A program made the position numbers and the translations under genes. Positions 1-10,336 of a DNA stretch of 64,000 nt are shown here, in pieces. The stretch comes from an uncultured Clostridia bacterium. Lineage in GTDB: Bacteria > Bacillota > Clostridia > TANB77 > CAG-508. The notes beneath the pieces are model-generated. The model worked only from the letters and a program-made list of their open reading frames with translations, did not search any database and was not told where the DNA came from. Every line of letters begins with the position of its first letter. Within the stretch, counting starts at the first letter, position 1. The DNA is taken from contig CAKPPO010000001.1 in the NCBI GenBank assembly GCA_934177725.1, positions 70,820 through 134,819 of the forward strand, written 5' to 3'.

Positions 1-1125
1 CTTGGAAAAAATGGTGCAGGAAAATCAACACTCTTAAAAATGATTACAGGTGTTGTTGTACCAACTAAAGGAAGCATACAAGTAAATGGAAAAATAAGCT
101 CTTTACTAGAATTAGGAACAGCTTTTAATCCTGAACTTACTGGCGAAGAAAATATTTATCAACATGGACAAGTAATGGGACTTACAAAAAAAGAAATAGA
201 AGCTAAAAAACAAGAAATTATAGATTTTGCAGATATAGGTGAGCATTTGTCACAGCCAGTAAAAACATATTCATCTGGTATGTTCGCAAGGCTAGCATTT
301 GCATGTGCTATAAATGTAGACCCAGATGTTTTAATAGTAGATGAAGTTTTATCTGTAGGAGATATGGCATTTCAATTAAAATGCTTCAAGAAATTTCAAG
401 ATTTTAAGCAAAGAGGAAAAACTATTTTATTTGTAACTCATAATGTTTCAGATGTACTAAAAAACTGCACAAGAGTAATTATATTGGAAAATGGAACAAA
501 AACATTTGATGGAGATACAAAAGATGGAGTAGAGCTTTATAAAAAAATAATTACAGGAAATGCTACTAAAAAAGTTGAAGACAACGAGAATGTTCAAGAA
601 TCAAATAATAAGGGTAAAGTTGGAGTAGAAAACATAAGTACAAATAATTGGAAAAGTCATTTTAGTGAAAATCCAAATTTAATAGAATATGGAAATAAAA
701 AAGCAGAAGTTATAGACTATGGTATATTTGATGAAAAAGGTAATTTCTTATCAAGCATAGATAATGAAAAAGAAGTAGTATTAAAGTCAAAAATTAAATT
801 TAATGAAACAATTGATAATCCTATTTTTACTATGACAATAAAAGATTTTAATGGAATAGAGATTGCTGGAACAAATACAATGAATGAAAAAATCTATCCA
901 GGAAAATTTGAAAAAGGAGACATAGTTTCAGTAAGTTTTAAACAAAGATTACCATTAGCGCCCAATAAATATACATTATCTTTTAGCTGTACACACATAA
1001 ATGCTAAAGGAGAATTAGAAGTTTTAAATAGAAAATATGAAGCTTTATTAATTGAAGTAATATCTTCAAAAGATTCTGTGGGACTTTTAAGAATAGACCC
1101 TGAAATAGAAATTATAAAAGAATAG
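1..1125 (+). CDS. Polysaccharide/teichoic-acid export ABC transporter ATP-binding protein (Wzt/TagH/RgpD-like), 5' end cut by the window edge, with a C-terminal Wzt_C-like carbohydrate-binding domain
   Basis: Frame 1 from nt 1 reads LGKNGAGKSTLLK (Walker A). YSSGMFARLAF signature and LIVDEVLSVGD Walker B are typical of TagH/Wzt ATPases. The ~160-aa beta-rich C-terminal extension resembles the Wzt C-terminal domain. Confidence 0.85.
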   Translation, partial: LGKNGAGKSTLLKMITGVVVPTKGSIQVNGKISSLLELGTAFNPELTGEENIYQHGQVMGLTKKEIEAKKQEIIDFADIGEHLSQPVKTYSSGMFARLAFACAINVDPDVLIVDEVLSVGDMAFQLKCFKKFQDFKQRGKTILFVTHNVSDVLKNCTRVIILENGTKTFDGDTKDGVELYKKIITGNATKKVEDNENVQESNNKGKVGVENISTNNWKSHFSENPNLIEYGNKKAEVIDYGIFDEKGNFLSSIDNEKEVVLKSKIKFNETIDNPIFTMTIKDFNGIEIAGTNTMNEKIYPGKFEKGDIVSVSFKQRLPLAPNKYTLSFSCTHINAKGELEVLNRKYEALLIEVISSKDSVGLLRIDPEIEIIKE

Positions 1126-1141
1126 ATTAAAGGGGATTTGA

Positions 1142-2038
1142 ATGAAAAAAGAAAAAATAGTATCTATATTGGCAATAGTATTATGCATTATTGCTGTAAT
1201 AGTATCTATAGTTAGAATATCAAATGAACATACTGTAGAATTAACACAATTATCAGATCATTCTACGAGACAAATGATGGGATATATCCTAAAAACTAAA
1301 AACAATAAAATAATAGTTATAGATGGCGGAACTACTGATGATACAGAAAATTTAATAAAACAGATAAACAAACATGGTAGTAAAGTAGATGCGTGGTTTC
1401 TAACTCATCTACACGATGACCATCTTGGGTCTTTCTCCAATATAGCAAACGATGAACAAATACAAATAGAAAAAATTTATTGTTCATTTAATGAATATTC
1501 TTGGTATGAAGAAAATGAGCTAGCAAGAGCAGAATTTTCAAAACAAATATTAGAAATATTAAAACAAGATAATATAAAAGACAAAGTTGAAGAAGTCAGT
1601 TTAAATCAAGATATTAATATAGATGATGTAAAAATAGAGATATTAGGAATAAAAAATCCTGAAATAACTGAAAATGCAGGAAATGAACAAAGTATGGTAG
1701 TTAAATTTGACACAGGAAAAACAACTTTTTTAGTATTAGGAGATACAGGAATAAAATCAAGTGAAAAATTACTTAAGACTCAAAAAGAAAAACTAAAATC
1801 TGATATAGTACAAATGGCTCATCATGGACAAAATGGTGCAACAAAAGAGTTATATGAACAAATAAATCCTACAATATGTATGTGGCCAACACCAGAGTGG
1901 CTATGGAACAATGATTCTGGAGAAGGAAAAGGTTCAGGACCATGGAAAACATTAGAAACAAGACAATGGATGGAAGAACTAAAAGTAAAGAAAAATTATG
2001 TAGAAAAAGATGGAGACATTACAATTAAATTAAAATAG
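1142..2038 (+). CDS. Membrane-anchored MBL-fold metallo-hydrolase
   Basis: N-terminal hydrophobic anchor (IVSILAIVLCIIAVIVSIV). HLHDDHLG (HxHxDH) metallo-beta-lactamase motif and a later MAHHG motif. Confidence 0.7.
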   Translation: MKKEKIVSILAIVLCIIAVIVSIVRISNEHTVELTQLSDHSTRQMMGYILKTKNNKIIVIDGGTTDDTENLIKQINKHGSKVDAWFLTHLHDDHLGSFSNIANDEQIQIEKIYCSFNEYSWYEENELARAEFSKQILEILKQDNIKDKVEEVSLNQDINIDDVKIEILGIKNPEITENAGNEQSMVVKFDTGKTTFLVLGDTGIKSSEKLLKTQKEKLKSDIVQMAHHGQNGATKELYEQINPTICMWPTPEWLWNNDSGEGKGSGPWKTLETRQWMEELKVKKNYVEKDGDITIKLK

Positions 2039-2054
2039 CTGAAAGGGAAACAAA

Positions 2055-3032
2055 ATGGAACAAATAGATATTATACTTGCAACATATAACGGCGAAAAAT
2101 ATTTAAAAGAACAATTAGATAGTATTTTAAATCAAACATATACAAACTTTAGACTTTTAATTTCAGATGATTGTTCACAAGATTCTACAAAAGAAATATT
2201 AAAGAAATATGAAAAAAAAGATAATAGAATAAAAGTTTTCTTTCAAGAAAAAAATTTAGGATATGTTAAAAATTTTGAATTTTTGCTTACTAAAGTAGAA
2301 AGCAGTATATATGCACTTTCAGACCAAGATGATATATGGAATAAATACAAAGTAGAAAAATCATATAACAAATTAAAAGAAGAAAATGCAGATTTAGTAT
2401 TTACAGATTTAGAAATGATAGACGAAGAAGGAAAAACTATAAAAGATTCTTTTAACGATTATATGAAATTAAGTAGAAAAATAGAAAAAACATTAAATTC
2501 ATATGAATTAGCGTATTTATACAATTGTGTTACAGGTTGCACAATACTTGCAAAAACAGAAATGTTAAAAAAGATATTACCAATACCAAAAACATCAAAA
2601 CATATGATACATGATTACTGGATAGCAGTAATTACAGCATTAAATGGAAAAGTAACATATCTTAAAGAGTCAACTATAAAATATAGACAACATAGCCAAA
2701 ATCAAATAGGCGCAAACCATACAATTTATAAATTCGATAAGTTTGAACAAGTAAGAAATCACTTAATAGATGTAAAATTAGGAGTTTTTGGAGTATATGT
2801 AGAAAACAAAGAAAAGTTTCCTAAAGAATTACAAGAGCAAAACGAAAAAGCATACAAGTATTTTAAAAGCTTGCAACAAACTAAAAATATAAATTTTAGA
2901 AATTTAAAAACATTTAAGAAACTATATAAAAATGAAACTTTTAAGTATCGCTTAGAAAATTTTATGGTGTTAAATATTCCAGCATTATCAAGAGTAATAT
3001 ACAATTTGAAAATAAAAGGAAAGGAAAAATAA
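2055..3032 (+). CDS. GT2 glycosyltransferase, RgpB/rhamnosyltransferase-like
   Basis: N-terminus IDIILATYNGEKYLKEQLDSILNQTY plus SDQDD (DxD-type) motif. Paralogous to ORF 10337..11251. Confidence 0.8.
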   Translation: MEQIDIILATYNGEKYLKEQLDSILNQTYTNFRLLISDDCSQDSTKEILKKYEKKDNRIKVFFQEKNLGYVKNFEFLLTKVESSIYALSDQDDIWNKYKVEKSYNKLKEENADLVFTDLEMIDEEGKTIKDSFNDYMKLSRKIEKTLNSYELAYLYNCVTGCTILAKTEMLKKILPIPKTSKHMIHDYWIAVITALNGKVTYLKESTIKYRQHSQNQIGANHTIYKFDKFEQVRNHLIDVKLGVFGVYVENKEKFPKELQEQNEKAYKYFKSLQQTKNINFRNLKTFKKLYKNETFKYRLENFMVLNIPALSRVIYNLKIKGKEK

Positions 3033-3037
3033 TATAT

Positions 3038-4714
3038 ATGCAAGATTTACAATTAGAAGAATTATATAAAAATTCCGATTTTAGGAAAAATGTAATACAT
3101 TGGTATCCTGTAAAAGAAAATAGTAGTGTGCTACAAATTGGATATGACTCTATAAAAATAGTAGAAGAATTATGCGATAAGTTTGAAAAAGTAACTATAT
3201 GTGTTAATAATGAAGAAGATAAAAAAGAAATATTAGGAAAATATAGTGATTCAGAAATAACAATAATAGATAATTTAGATAAAATTCCTGAAAGAGAAGA
3301 ATATGATTATGTTACATTAATAGGAACTTTAGAAATATACAAAGATATAGTAGAAAAAAAGGCATATAAAAGATTAGAAAAAATGCTAAATATAGCTAAA
3401 AAAGCTTGTAAAGAAAACGGAAAAATACTTTTAGCAGTAGACAATAAATATGGAATGAAATTTTGGACAACTATGTATGCTCAAAAAAATATACTTTGTA
3501 ATCAAACTTTTGCAATAAGCAAAACAATGATAAATGAGCTATTAGAAAAACTTAACTTAACTAATTATAAATATTATTATATGTTACCAGACTATAAAAT
3601 GACAAATGTAGTTTTTACAGATAATTATCTTCCAAATATAGAAAATATAAGTAGAAACTTTACTTATGGAGAAGATGATTTTGCAACATTTAATCAAACA
3701 GAAGCATATGGAGAAATATTGAAAGAAGATACAGAATTATTCAAATTATATGCAAATTCATATTTTGTAGAAATTTCAAAACAAGAACTTGCAAATAATA
3801 ATATAAAATTTGTATCTTATACAAATATTAGACAAAATGAATTTAGTATACAAACCACTATATTTGATGATAGAGTCGAAAAAACATATTTAACTAAAAA
3901 ATCAAAACAACATATAGAAAATATGAAGAAAAATATAGATATAATGAATGAAAATGGCATAAAAACATTAGATTCTTACGAAAAAGAAAAAATAATAAGT
4001 AAATTTGTAAGTAATGTTAAAACTTATGATAAAATATTACTTGAATATTTAGAAAAAGAAGATAACGAAGCTTTTTTCGAAAAAATAAGAGATTACAAGA
4101 AGTTTTTGATAGAAAAACTTGGAAAAATAAATTACAACGATATAAAAGAAAATAACATTTTTACTAAATATGAAGTTAAAATAGAAGAAAATATAGCTAA
4201 TAAATTCAACTTCGTAAAAAACGGATTATGGGATATGATTTTCCAAAACATATTTTATATAGAGAATGAAATGTACTTTTATGATCAAGAATGGTATGAT
4301 GAAAATGTTCCAGTTGAGTATATAATATACAGAACAATTGCGTACTTTGCAAATGCTCATGAATATATAAAAACTGAAGAACTATATAATAAGCTAGAAT
4401 TAAGTGAATATATAAATATTTTTGAAGAATTAGATGCTAAAATACAATTAGAAATAAGAAACGAAAAAATGTGGAAATTGCACAATAGTACTAAAACAGG
4501 ACAAACACTATTAGATTCTTATAAAAATTTGCAAAATGAGTATGATGAATATACTAAAAAAATTAAAATAGTTAAAACAGAAGAAATATTGCTTGAAAAT
4601 GAAAAATTGAAAAATGAAAATGATAACTTAAAACAAATAAATCAAAAAATGTTGAACTCAACATCATGGAAACTAACTAAACCAATTCGTTGGTTGGGAA
4701 AAAAAAATAAATAA
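3038..4714 (+). CDS. Class I methyltransferase-like protein with long C-terminal coiled coil (possible glycan chain-terminating/capping factor)
   Basis: Rossmann-like motifs VLQIGYDS / VTICV / YDYVTLIGTLE / GKILLAVDNK. The C-terminus has a heptad-like ENEKLKNENDNLKQINQKM stretch followed by STSWKLTKPIRW. Function is inferred. Confidence 0.5.
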   Translation: MQDLQLEELYKNSDFRKNVIHWYPVKENSSVLQIGYDSIKIVEELCDKFEKVTICVNNEEDKKEILGKYSDSEITIIDNLDKIPEREEYDYVTLIGTLEIYKDIVEKKAYKRLEKMLNIAKKACKENGKILLAVDNKYGMKFWTTMYAQKNILCNQTFAISKTMINELLEKLNLTNYKYYYMLPDYKMTNVVFTDNYLPNIENISRNFTYGEDDFATFNQTEAYGEILKEDTELFKLYANSYFVEISKQELANNNIKFVSYTNIRQNEFSIQTTIFDDRVEKTYLTKKSKQHIENMKKNIDIMNENGIKTLDSYEKEKIISKFVSNVKTYDKILLEYLEKEDNEAFFEKIRDYKKFLIEKLGKINYNDIKENNIFTKYEVKIEENIANKFNFVKNGLWDMIFQNIFYIENEMYFYDQEWYDENVPVEYIIYRTIAYFANAHEYIKTEELYNKLELSEYINIFEELDAKIQLEIRNEKMWKLHNSTKTGQTLLDSYKNLQNEYDEYTKKIKIVKTEEILLENEKLKNENDNLKQINQKMLNSTSWKLTKPIRWLGKKNK

Positions 4715-4767
4715 GATTACAATAGCAGGAAAGGAGAAAGGCTATACAAAATCAGCCAAATTACAAT

Positions 4768-6606
4768 ATGAGAATAAAAAATATTATAAACAATGTAAAA
4801 TATTATTTTAAAAAATATGGGTTTATAAAAACAATTAAAAAGATAATATCAAAATTATATGCCAAAATATTCAAAGGAGAACAATTAAAAAACTTACAAA
4901 GTGAGAGAGAAAAATATCAAATATGGATAAATAATAATGAACCAAATGAACAAGGACTAGAGGAACAAAGAAACACAAAATTTAAAATTGAACCTAAATT
5001 TAGTATAGTTGTTCCTATGTATAATACACCTGTAAATTTCTTTGCAGAATTAGTAGATTGTTTAATTGATCAAACATATACTAATTGGGAATTGTGTTTA
5101 GCAGATGGAAGTGCGGAAAAGAATGCAGAATTAGAACCTATAATAAATAGAGATTCTAGAATTAAATACAAATTTATAAATGAAAATAAAGGAATTTCTG
5201 GAAACACTAATGAGGCACTTACTTTAGCTACAGGAGATTATATAGCATTAGTAGACCATGATGATTTACTTCCAGTATTTTGTTTATATGAACTTGCAAA
5301 AACTATAAATGAAAATCCAAATGTAGAATTCATTTATACAGACGAAGACAAAATAGAAGGAACAAAAGAAAATAGATGTGATCCTCACTTTAAACCAGAT
5401 TTTGCACCAGACACTTTAAGAGCTAATAACTATATAACTCATTTATCTGTTTTCAAAAAAGAATTAATGGAAAAACTAGGTGGCTTTAGAGAAAAATACA
5501 ATGGAGCCCAAGACTTTGATATAATTACAAGAGCATGTGAATTAACAAAAAATATAATTCATATTCCTAAAGTGTTATATCATTGGAGAGTACATCCAAA
5601 CTCAACAGCAATGGTAGCAGATGCAAAACCATATGCATATGAAGCAGGAATAAGAGTTATAGAAGACCATTTAGAAAGACAAGGATTAAAAGCAAAAGTT
5701 ACACATGGAGGGGATATTCCAGGTGTATATGAAGTAGAATATGAGGTTATAGGAAATCCTAAAGTTACAATAATTATACCAAATAAAGATAGCATAAAAT
5801 TATTAAAAAATTGTATAAATTCAATATTGAAACTAACTACTTACAATAACTATGAAATACTAATAGTTGAAAACAATAGTACAGATCAAAAAACATTTGA
5901 ATATTATAAAGAACTAGAGAAATCAGAAAAAATAAGAGTAATAGAATACAAAGAAAAAGGATTTAATTACTCTAAAATAATAAATTTTGGAGTTAAAAAT
6001 TGTGAAGGAAGCGAATTTGTTGTACAACTAAATAGCGATACAGAACTTTTAACACCAAATTGGTTAGAAAAATTTATAGGGTATGCACAAAGAAAAGATG
6101 TAGGAGCAGTAGGAGCAAGATTATACTATGAAGATAAATCTATACAACATGCTGGAATAGGAATAGGAATTTGTGATTTAGCAGCTAACTTACTTACAAA
6201 TACACCTAAAAATTTCCATGCTTATTTTGGGAGAGAGTGTTTACCACAAAACTTATCTGCAGTAACAGGCGCATGCTTATTTTCTAGAAGAAGTATCTAT
6301 GAAGAAGTAGGATATATGGATGAAGAAAATTTTGCAGTAGCATTTAATGATGTGGATTTTTGCTTAAAAATTAGACAAGCAGGATATTTAATAGTATATA
6401 ACCCATATATAGAGTTTATGCACTATGAATCAAAAACAAGAGGTTATGAAGATACTCCAGAAAAGAAAGCAAGATTTGAAAGAGAATCTAATAATTTTAA
6501 AACAAAATGGAGAAAAGTATTAGATGCAGGTGACCCATATTCAAATATAAATTTTGATAAAAATACTGCACAATACAATATAAGGACAGACAAAATAATC
6601 CAATAA
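4768..6606 (+). CDS. Two-domain GT2 glycosyltransferase
   Basis: Two separate GT2 starts (FSIVVPMYNTP...DQTY with DHDD; VTIIIPNKDS... with NSDTE). ~612 aa, typical of bifunctional polymerising GT2s. The start codon is uncertain because there is no close RBS. Confidence 0.8.
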   Translation: MRIKNIINNVKYYFKKYGFIKTIKKIISKLYAKIFKGEQLKNLQSEREKYQIWINNNEPNEQGLEEQRNTKFKIEPKFSIVVPMYNTPVNFFAELVDCLIDQTYTNWELCLADGSAEKNAELEPIINRDSRIKYKFINENKGISGNTNEALTLATGDYIALVDHDDLLPVFCLYELAKTINENPNVEFIYTDEDKIEGTKENRCDPHFKPDFAPDTLRANNYITHLSVFKKELMEKLGGFREKYNGAQDFDIITRACELTKNIIHIPKVLYHWRVHPNSTAMVADAKPYAYEAGIRVIEDHLERQGLKAKVTHGGDIPGVYEVEYEVIGNPKVTIIIPNKDSIKLLKNCINSILKLTTYNNYEILIVENNSTDQKTFEYYKELEKSEKIRVIEYKEKGFNYSKIINFGVKNCEGSEFVVQLNSDTELLTPNWLEKFIGYAQRKDVGAVGARLYYEDKSIQHAGIGIGICDLAANLLTNTPKNFHAYFGRECLPQNLSAVTGACLFSRRSIYEEVGYMDEENFAVAFNDVDFCLKIRQAGYLIVYNPYIEFMHYESKTRGYEDTPEKKARFERESNNFKTKWRKVLDAGDPYSNINFDKNTAQYNIRTDKIIQ

Positions 6607-6618
6607 AGGGGAAATAAA

Positions 6619-8181
6619 ATGAAAAGTAATACAAAAAAGAATAATAGCCTAAAAATAGAAATATTAAAAAAGTACTTATATAAATTTCTTTATATCATAG
6701 AGTTTTTGGTAGCTATATTTTGCGCATATTCACTTTACCAAATAGTTTTAAATAGAAATAATTTACATATATGGTCATTAAAATATTTAATAATATTTGT
6801 ACCAACAATAATTATGCTTATTGGCTGTATAATATTGAATTATAAAAAAAATAAGGAAAAAATAGAAAAAATAATAATAAGCTTTTTGATACCAGTAGGA
6901 ATGCTATATGTATTTTTTATGGCTCCAAGTTATGTACCAGATGAGCAAGCTCATATATTAAAATCTTATGAGATATCAACAGGTGAATTAATTACACCAA
7001 TAAAAGAAGATGGCAGTTCAAGGACCAAAATACCTAAATTCTTTGTGGATAATATGATTCCTAATATAAGTAAATATGGACAGTTTAATCTAGCTAGTAT
7101 GGAAAATACTGATTATAATGAAATAGTAGAGGAAGAAAATGAAGCACAAGCTTATCCAGCAATATTATATATTTTTAGTTCTATAGGATTTTTGATAGGA
7201 AGATTATTTGAAATAAATGGTATATTTACTATTTATCTAGCAAGACTATTTAATTTTGCAGTGTTTTTAATAATGGGATATTATAGTATGAAAATTATTC
7301 CATTTGGAAAATTTATTATAGGAACTATATTATTTTTACCTATGAGTTTCCAACAGGGAGCATCAGTTTCAGCAGATTGTATATTAAATGCTGTTTCAAT
7401 AATGTATATTGCATATACATTATATCTGATAAATAAAAATGACCAAATTAAATGGTTTGAAAAAGTTATATATATTGCAATGAGTATAATAATAGGAATC
7501 TCAAAGATTGCATATGTTCCAATGATAGGACTTAGCTTATTATTTATAGGAGCAAAAAATATTACCAAAAAACAGAAGATAATCTTTATAATAACGACTA
7601 TATTAATAACAATTATTTGTAGTATAGCATGGTTTATGTTTATGCAAAGGTACCAAAATACATTAAGTCATAGTCAATATTTACAGGAAAATAATGTTAA
7701 TATGTCAGAACAGATAAGAACAATAATTGAAAATCCTAGAAATATAATAGAAATAATAAAAAATACTATAAAAGATGGTGCATATATAGATGGGGCAATA
7801 GGAAATCAATTAGGATGGCTAAACATAGAAACTTCGAATATAGTGATTATAATGTTTATTGCTATATTAGCTATTTCACCATTTTTAACTAATGAAAAAG
7901 AAGAATTAAGAAATATAGAAAAAATATGGATGATATTTATAATGTTTGGAGTATATGTATTAGTTATATTAGCATTATATTTAATTTGGACAAGCGTTGG
8001 ACTAGATGAGGTTTTAGGAGTACAGGGAAGATATTTTATACCAATACTTCCATTGCTATTATTATGTTTGTGCAAAAAAGATAGATATATTAAATTTAAA
8101 AATGTTAATCTAATGCTTCCAATTATATTAACTATACTAAATGTTATTGCAATATCAGATATAATAGAATTTTTTATATAA
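6619..8181 (+). CDS. Polytopic membrane protein, DUF2142-like (GT-C-type glycosyltransferase candidate)
   Basis: More than 10 hydrophobic segments. Extracytoplasmic PDEQAH motif near the N-terminus and a GVQGRYFIPILPLLLL C-terminal motif, both shared with ORF 25032..26507. Confidence 0.65.
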   Translation: MKSNTKKNNSLKIEILKKYLYKFLYIIEFLVAIFCAYSLYQIVLNRNNLHIWSLKYLIIFVPTIIMLIGCIILNYKKNKEKIEKIIISFLIPVGMLYVFFMAPSYVPDEQAHILKSYEISTGELITPIKEDGSSRTKIPKFFVDNMIPNISKYGQFNLASMENTDYNEIVEEENEAQAYPAILYIFSSIGFLIGRLFEINGIFTIYLARLFNFAVFLIMGYYSMKIIPFGKFIIGTILFLPMSFQQGASVSADCILNAVSIMYIAYTLYLINKNDQIKWFEKVIYIAMSIIIGISKIAYVPMIGLSLLFIGAKNITKKQKIIFIITTILITIICSIAWFMFMQRYQNTLSHSQYLQENNVNMSEQIRTIIENPRNIIEIIKNTIKDGAYIDGAIGNQLGWLNIETSNIVIIMFIAILAISPFLTNEKEELRNIEKIWMIFIMFGVYVLVILALYLIWTSVGLDEVLGVQGRYFIPILPLLLLCLCKKDRYIKFKNVNLMLPIILTILNVIAISDIIEFFI

Positions 8182-8213
8182 TAGAAAGTGGAAACTAAAA
8201 GGAGAACAAAAAT

Positions 8214-8912
8214 ATGAAAGTGTTACTAATAATACCAGCATACAATGAAGCTCTAAACATAGAAAAAACAGTAAAAGATGTAACATCAAATACAAATTAT
8301 GATTACATAATAGTAAATGATTGTTCAAAAGATAATACAAAAGAAGTATGTGAAAGAAATAACTTTCACATGCTATCTTTACCAGTAAATTATGGATTAA
8401 CTTCAGTAATACAAGTAGGAATGAAATATGCATATCAAAAAGGATATGATATAGCAATTCAATTTGATGGAGATGGACAGCATCAAGCTAAATATTTAAA
8501 AGATTTAGTAAAAGAAATTGAAGAAGGAAATTGTGATGTAGCAATAGGCTCAAGATTTGCAAACCAAAAGAAACCTCATTCTTTAAGAATGTTAGGAAGC
8601 AATCTAATTTCATTTTGCATAAAAATTACAACGTGGAAAAAAATTAAAGACACAACATCAGGAATGAGAGCATATAACAAACAAGCAATAGAAGAATTTG
8701 TAAAAAATAAGAGTTTAACACCCGAACCAGACACATTAGTTTATCTAATAAAAAGAGGAATGAAAATTAAAGAAGTACAAGTAGAAATGAGTGATAGAGA
8801 ATTTGGAGAAAGCTACTTAAAACCTTTAAAAGCAATTGAATATATGTTTAATATGATATTTTCAATACTATTTATTCGTTCTACAACTAGAAAAAATAAA
8901 GGAGGAAAATAA
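8214..8912 (+). CDS. GT2 glycosyltransferase, polyprenyl-phosphate sugar synthase-like (Dpm1/GtrB catalytic domain)
   Basis: MKVLLIIPAYNEALNI..., VNDCSKDNT and FDGDGQH motifs. Confidence 0.75.
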   Translation: MKVLLIIPAYNEALNIEKTVKDVTSNTNYDYIIVNDCSKDNTKEVCERNNFHMLSLPVNYGLTSVIQVGMKYAYQKGYDIAIQFDGDGQHQAKYLKDLVKEIEEGNCDVAIGSRFANQKKPHSLRMLGSNLISFCIKITTWKKIKDTTSGMRAYNKQAIEEFVKNKSLTPEPDTLVYLIKRGMKIKEVQVEMSDREFGESYLKPLKAIEYMFNMIFSILFIRSTTRKNKGGK

Positions 8913-8913
8913 A

Positions 8914-9264
8914 ATGTCAATAACATTAAGAGTAATATTAATTATATGTTCTATTTTATCATTTGTATTGTGTATAAGAAGAATAAAACAAGCAAAATTA
9001 AAAGTAACAAATTCAGTAGTTTGGATGGCTGGAAGTCTTGTATTAATACTAATGAGCATTTTTTCAGAAGGAGTAGAATGGATAGCTGAAAAATTAGGAT
9101 TTGTGGCACCAGTAAATTTTGTTTTCCTTATAATAATAGCTTTCTTACTAATAGAAGTTTTCGGAAATAATGTAACTATTACTGCACTAAATGAAAAAAT
9201 AAAGGATTTAGACCATTATATTGCATTAAAAGAATTAGAAGAAAAAGATAAAGAAGATAAATAA
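8914..9264 (+). CDS. Small membrane protein (DUF2304-like partner of GT2)
   Basis: 116 aa with 3-4 hydrophobic helices. It starts 2 nt after the stop of the preceding GT2, so the two may be translationally coupled. Confidence 0.55.
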   Translation: MSITLRVILIICSILSFVLCIRRIKQAKLKVTNSVVWMAGSLVLILMSIFSEGVEWIAEKLGFVAPVNFVFLIIIAFLLIEVFGNNVTITALNEKIKDLDHYIALKELEEKDKEDK

Positions 9265-9279
9265 GAAAGAGGTAAAAAA

Positions 9280-10320
9280 ATGAGTGAAAAAATAAAAGTA
9301 AGTATAATTGTTCCTGTATATAAAGTTGAAAAATATTTAAGAAGAAGTATGGATAGTTTAGTAAATCAAACATTAGATGGAGTAGAAATAATTTGCATAC
9401 ATGATGGTTCACCAGATAACTGTTTATCAATTTTAAGGGAATATGAAGAAAAATATAAAGATAAAAATATAGTTATAATTGATAAGAAAAATGAAGGAGT
9501 TTGGAAAGGTAGATTTGACGGAATAAAAGTTGCAAAAGGAGAATACATAGCATTTACAGACTCAGATGATTATATAGCTTTAGATTATGCAGAAAAATTA
9601 TATAATGCTGCAAAAGAAACAAATTCAGACATATCTGTATGTGGATTTGACAGAATAGATGTAGATACAGGTCATTTATATTCTAAAGAAATGACAAAAC
9701 ATAAAAATGAAAAAATAGATATGGAAAAAAATCTAGAAGATATATTATCAATAAATACAGCTTTATGGAACAAACTTTATAAAGCTGAAATATTAAAAGG
9801 AATGGATAATCTTCCAAACCCACCAAGGGTATTAGATGACATGATGTTTTTATGTTTAGTATATCTAAGAACAAAAACAATTACTTTTATTGAAGATAGT
9901 TTATATTATTACATGGTAAGATCAGATTCTATAATGGGAACAATTAAAAAAGAACAAATAGAATCTACACAAAATGCTATGGTAGATGTAAGAAAAATTT
10001 ATGAAGAAAAAAATAAAAAACTATTAGAAGTATTAGATGCAATGGCATTTCTACATTTTGCAGTTTCATTTACTTTTAGATTATCTTATGATAAGAAAAA
10101 TTTTAAAGAAACATATAAAATAGTAAAAAATTATTTAAATACAGAATTTCCAGGTTGGAAAAAATGCAAATATTTAAATATTTGGTATAATTTAACACAT
10201 AATTCTTCTAATTTAAAAATAGCTGTTATGAAAAAAGTATATAAGTTAGGAATGTATAAAGCGTTTTTAGTATTATATCGTTTTATGATAAATAAATTAA
10301 AAATAGATATAAAATGGTAA
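9280..10320 (+). CDS. GT2 glycosyltransferase
   Basis: VSIIVPVYKVEKYLRRSMDSLVNQT, IHDGSPD and TDSDD motifs. Confidence 0.8.
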   Translation: MSEKIKVSIIVPVYKVEKYLRRSMDSLVNQTLDGVEIICIHDGSPDNCLSILREYEEKYKDKNIVIIDKKNEGVWKGRFDGIKVAKGEYIAFTDSDDYIALDYAEKLYNAAKETNSDISVCGFDRIDVDTGHLYSKEMTKHKNEKIDMEKNLEDILSINTALWNKLYKAEILKGMDNLPNPPRVLDDMMFLCLVYLRTKTITFIEDSLYYYMVRSDSIMGTIKKEQIESTQNAMVDVRKIYEEKNKKLLEVLDAMAFLHFAVSFTFRLSYDKKNFKETYKIVKNYLNTEFPGWKKCKYLNIWYNLTHNSSNLKIAVMKKVYKLGMYKAFLVLYRFMINKLKIDIKW

Positions 10321-10336
10321 TGTTATGGAGGCATAA

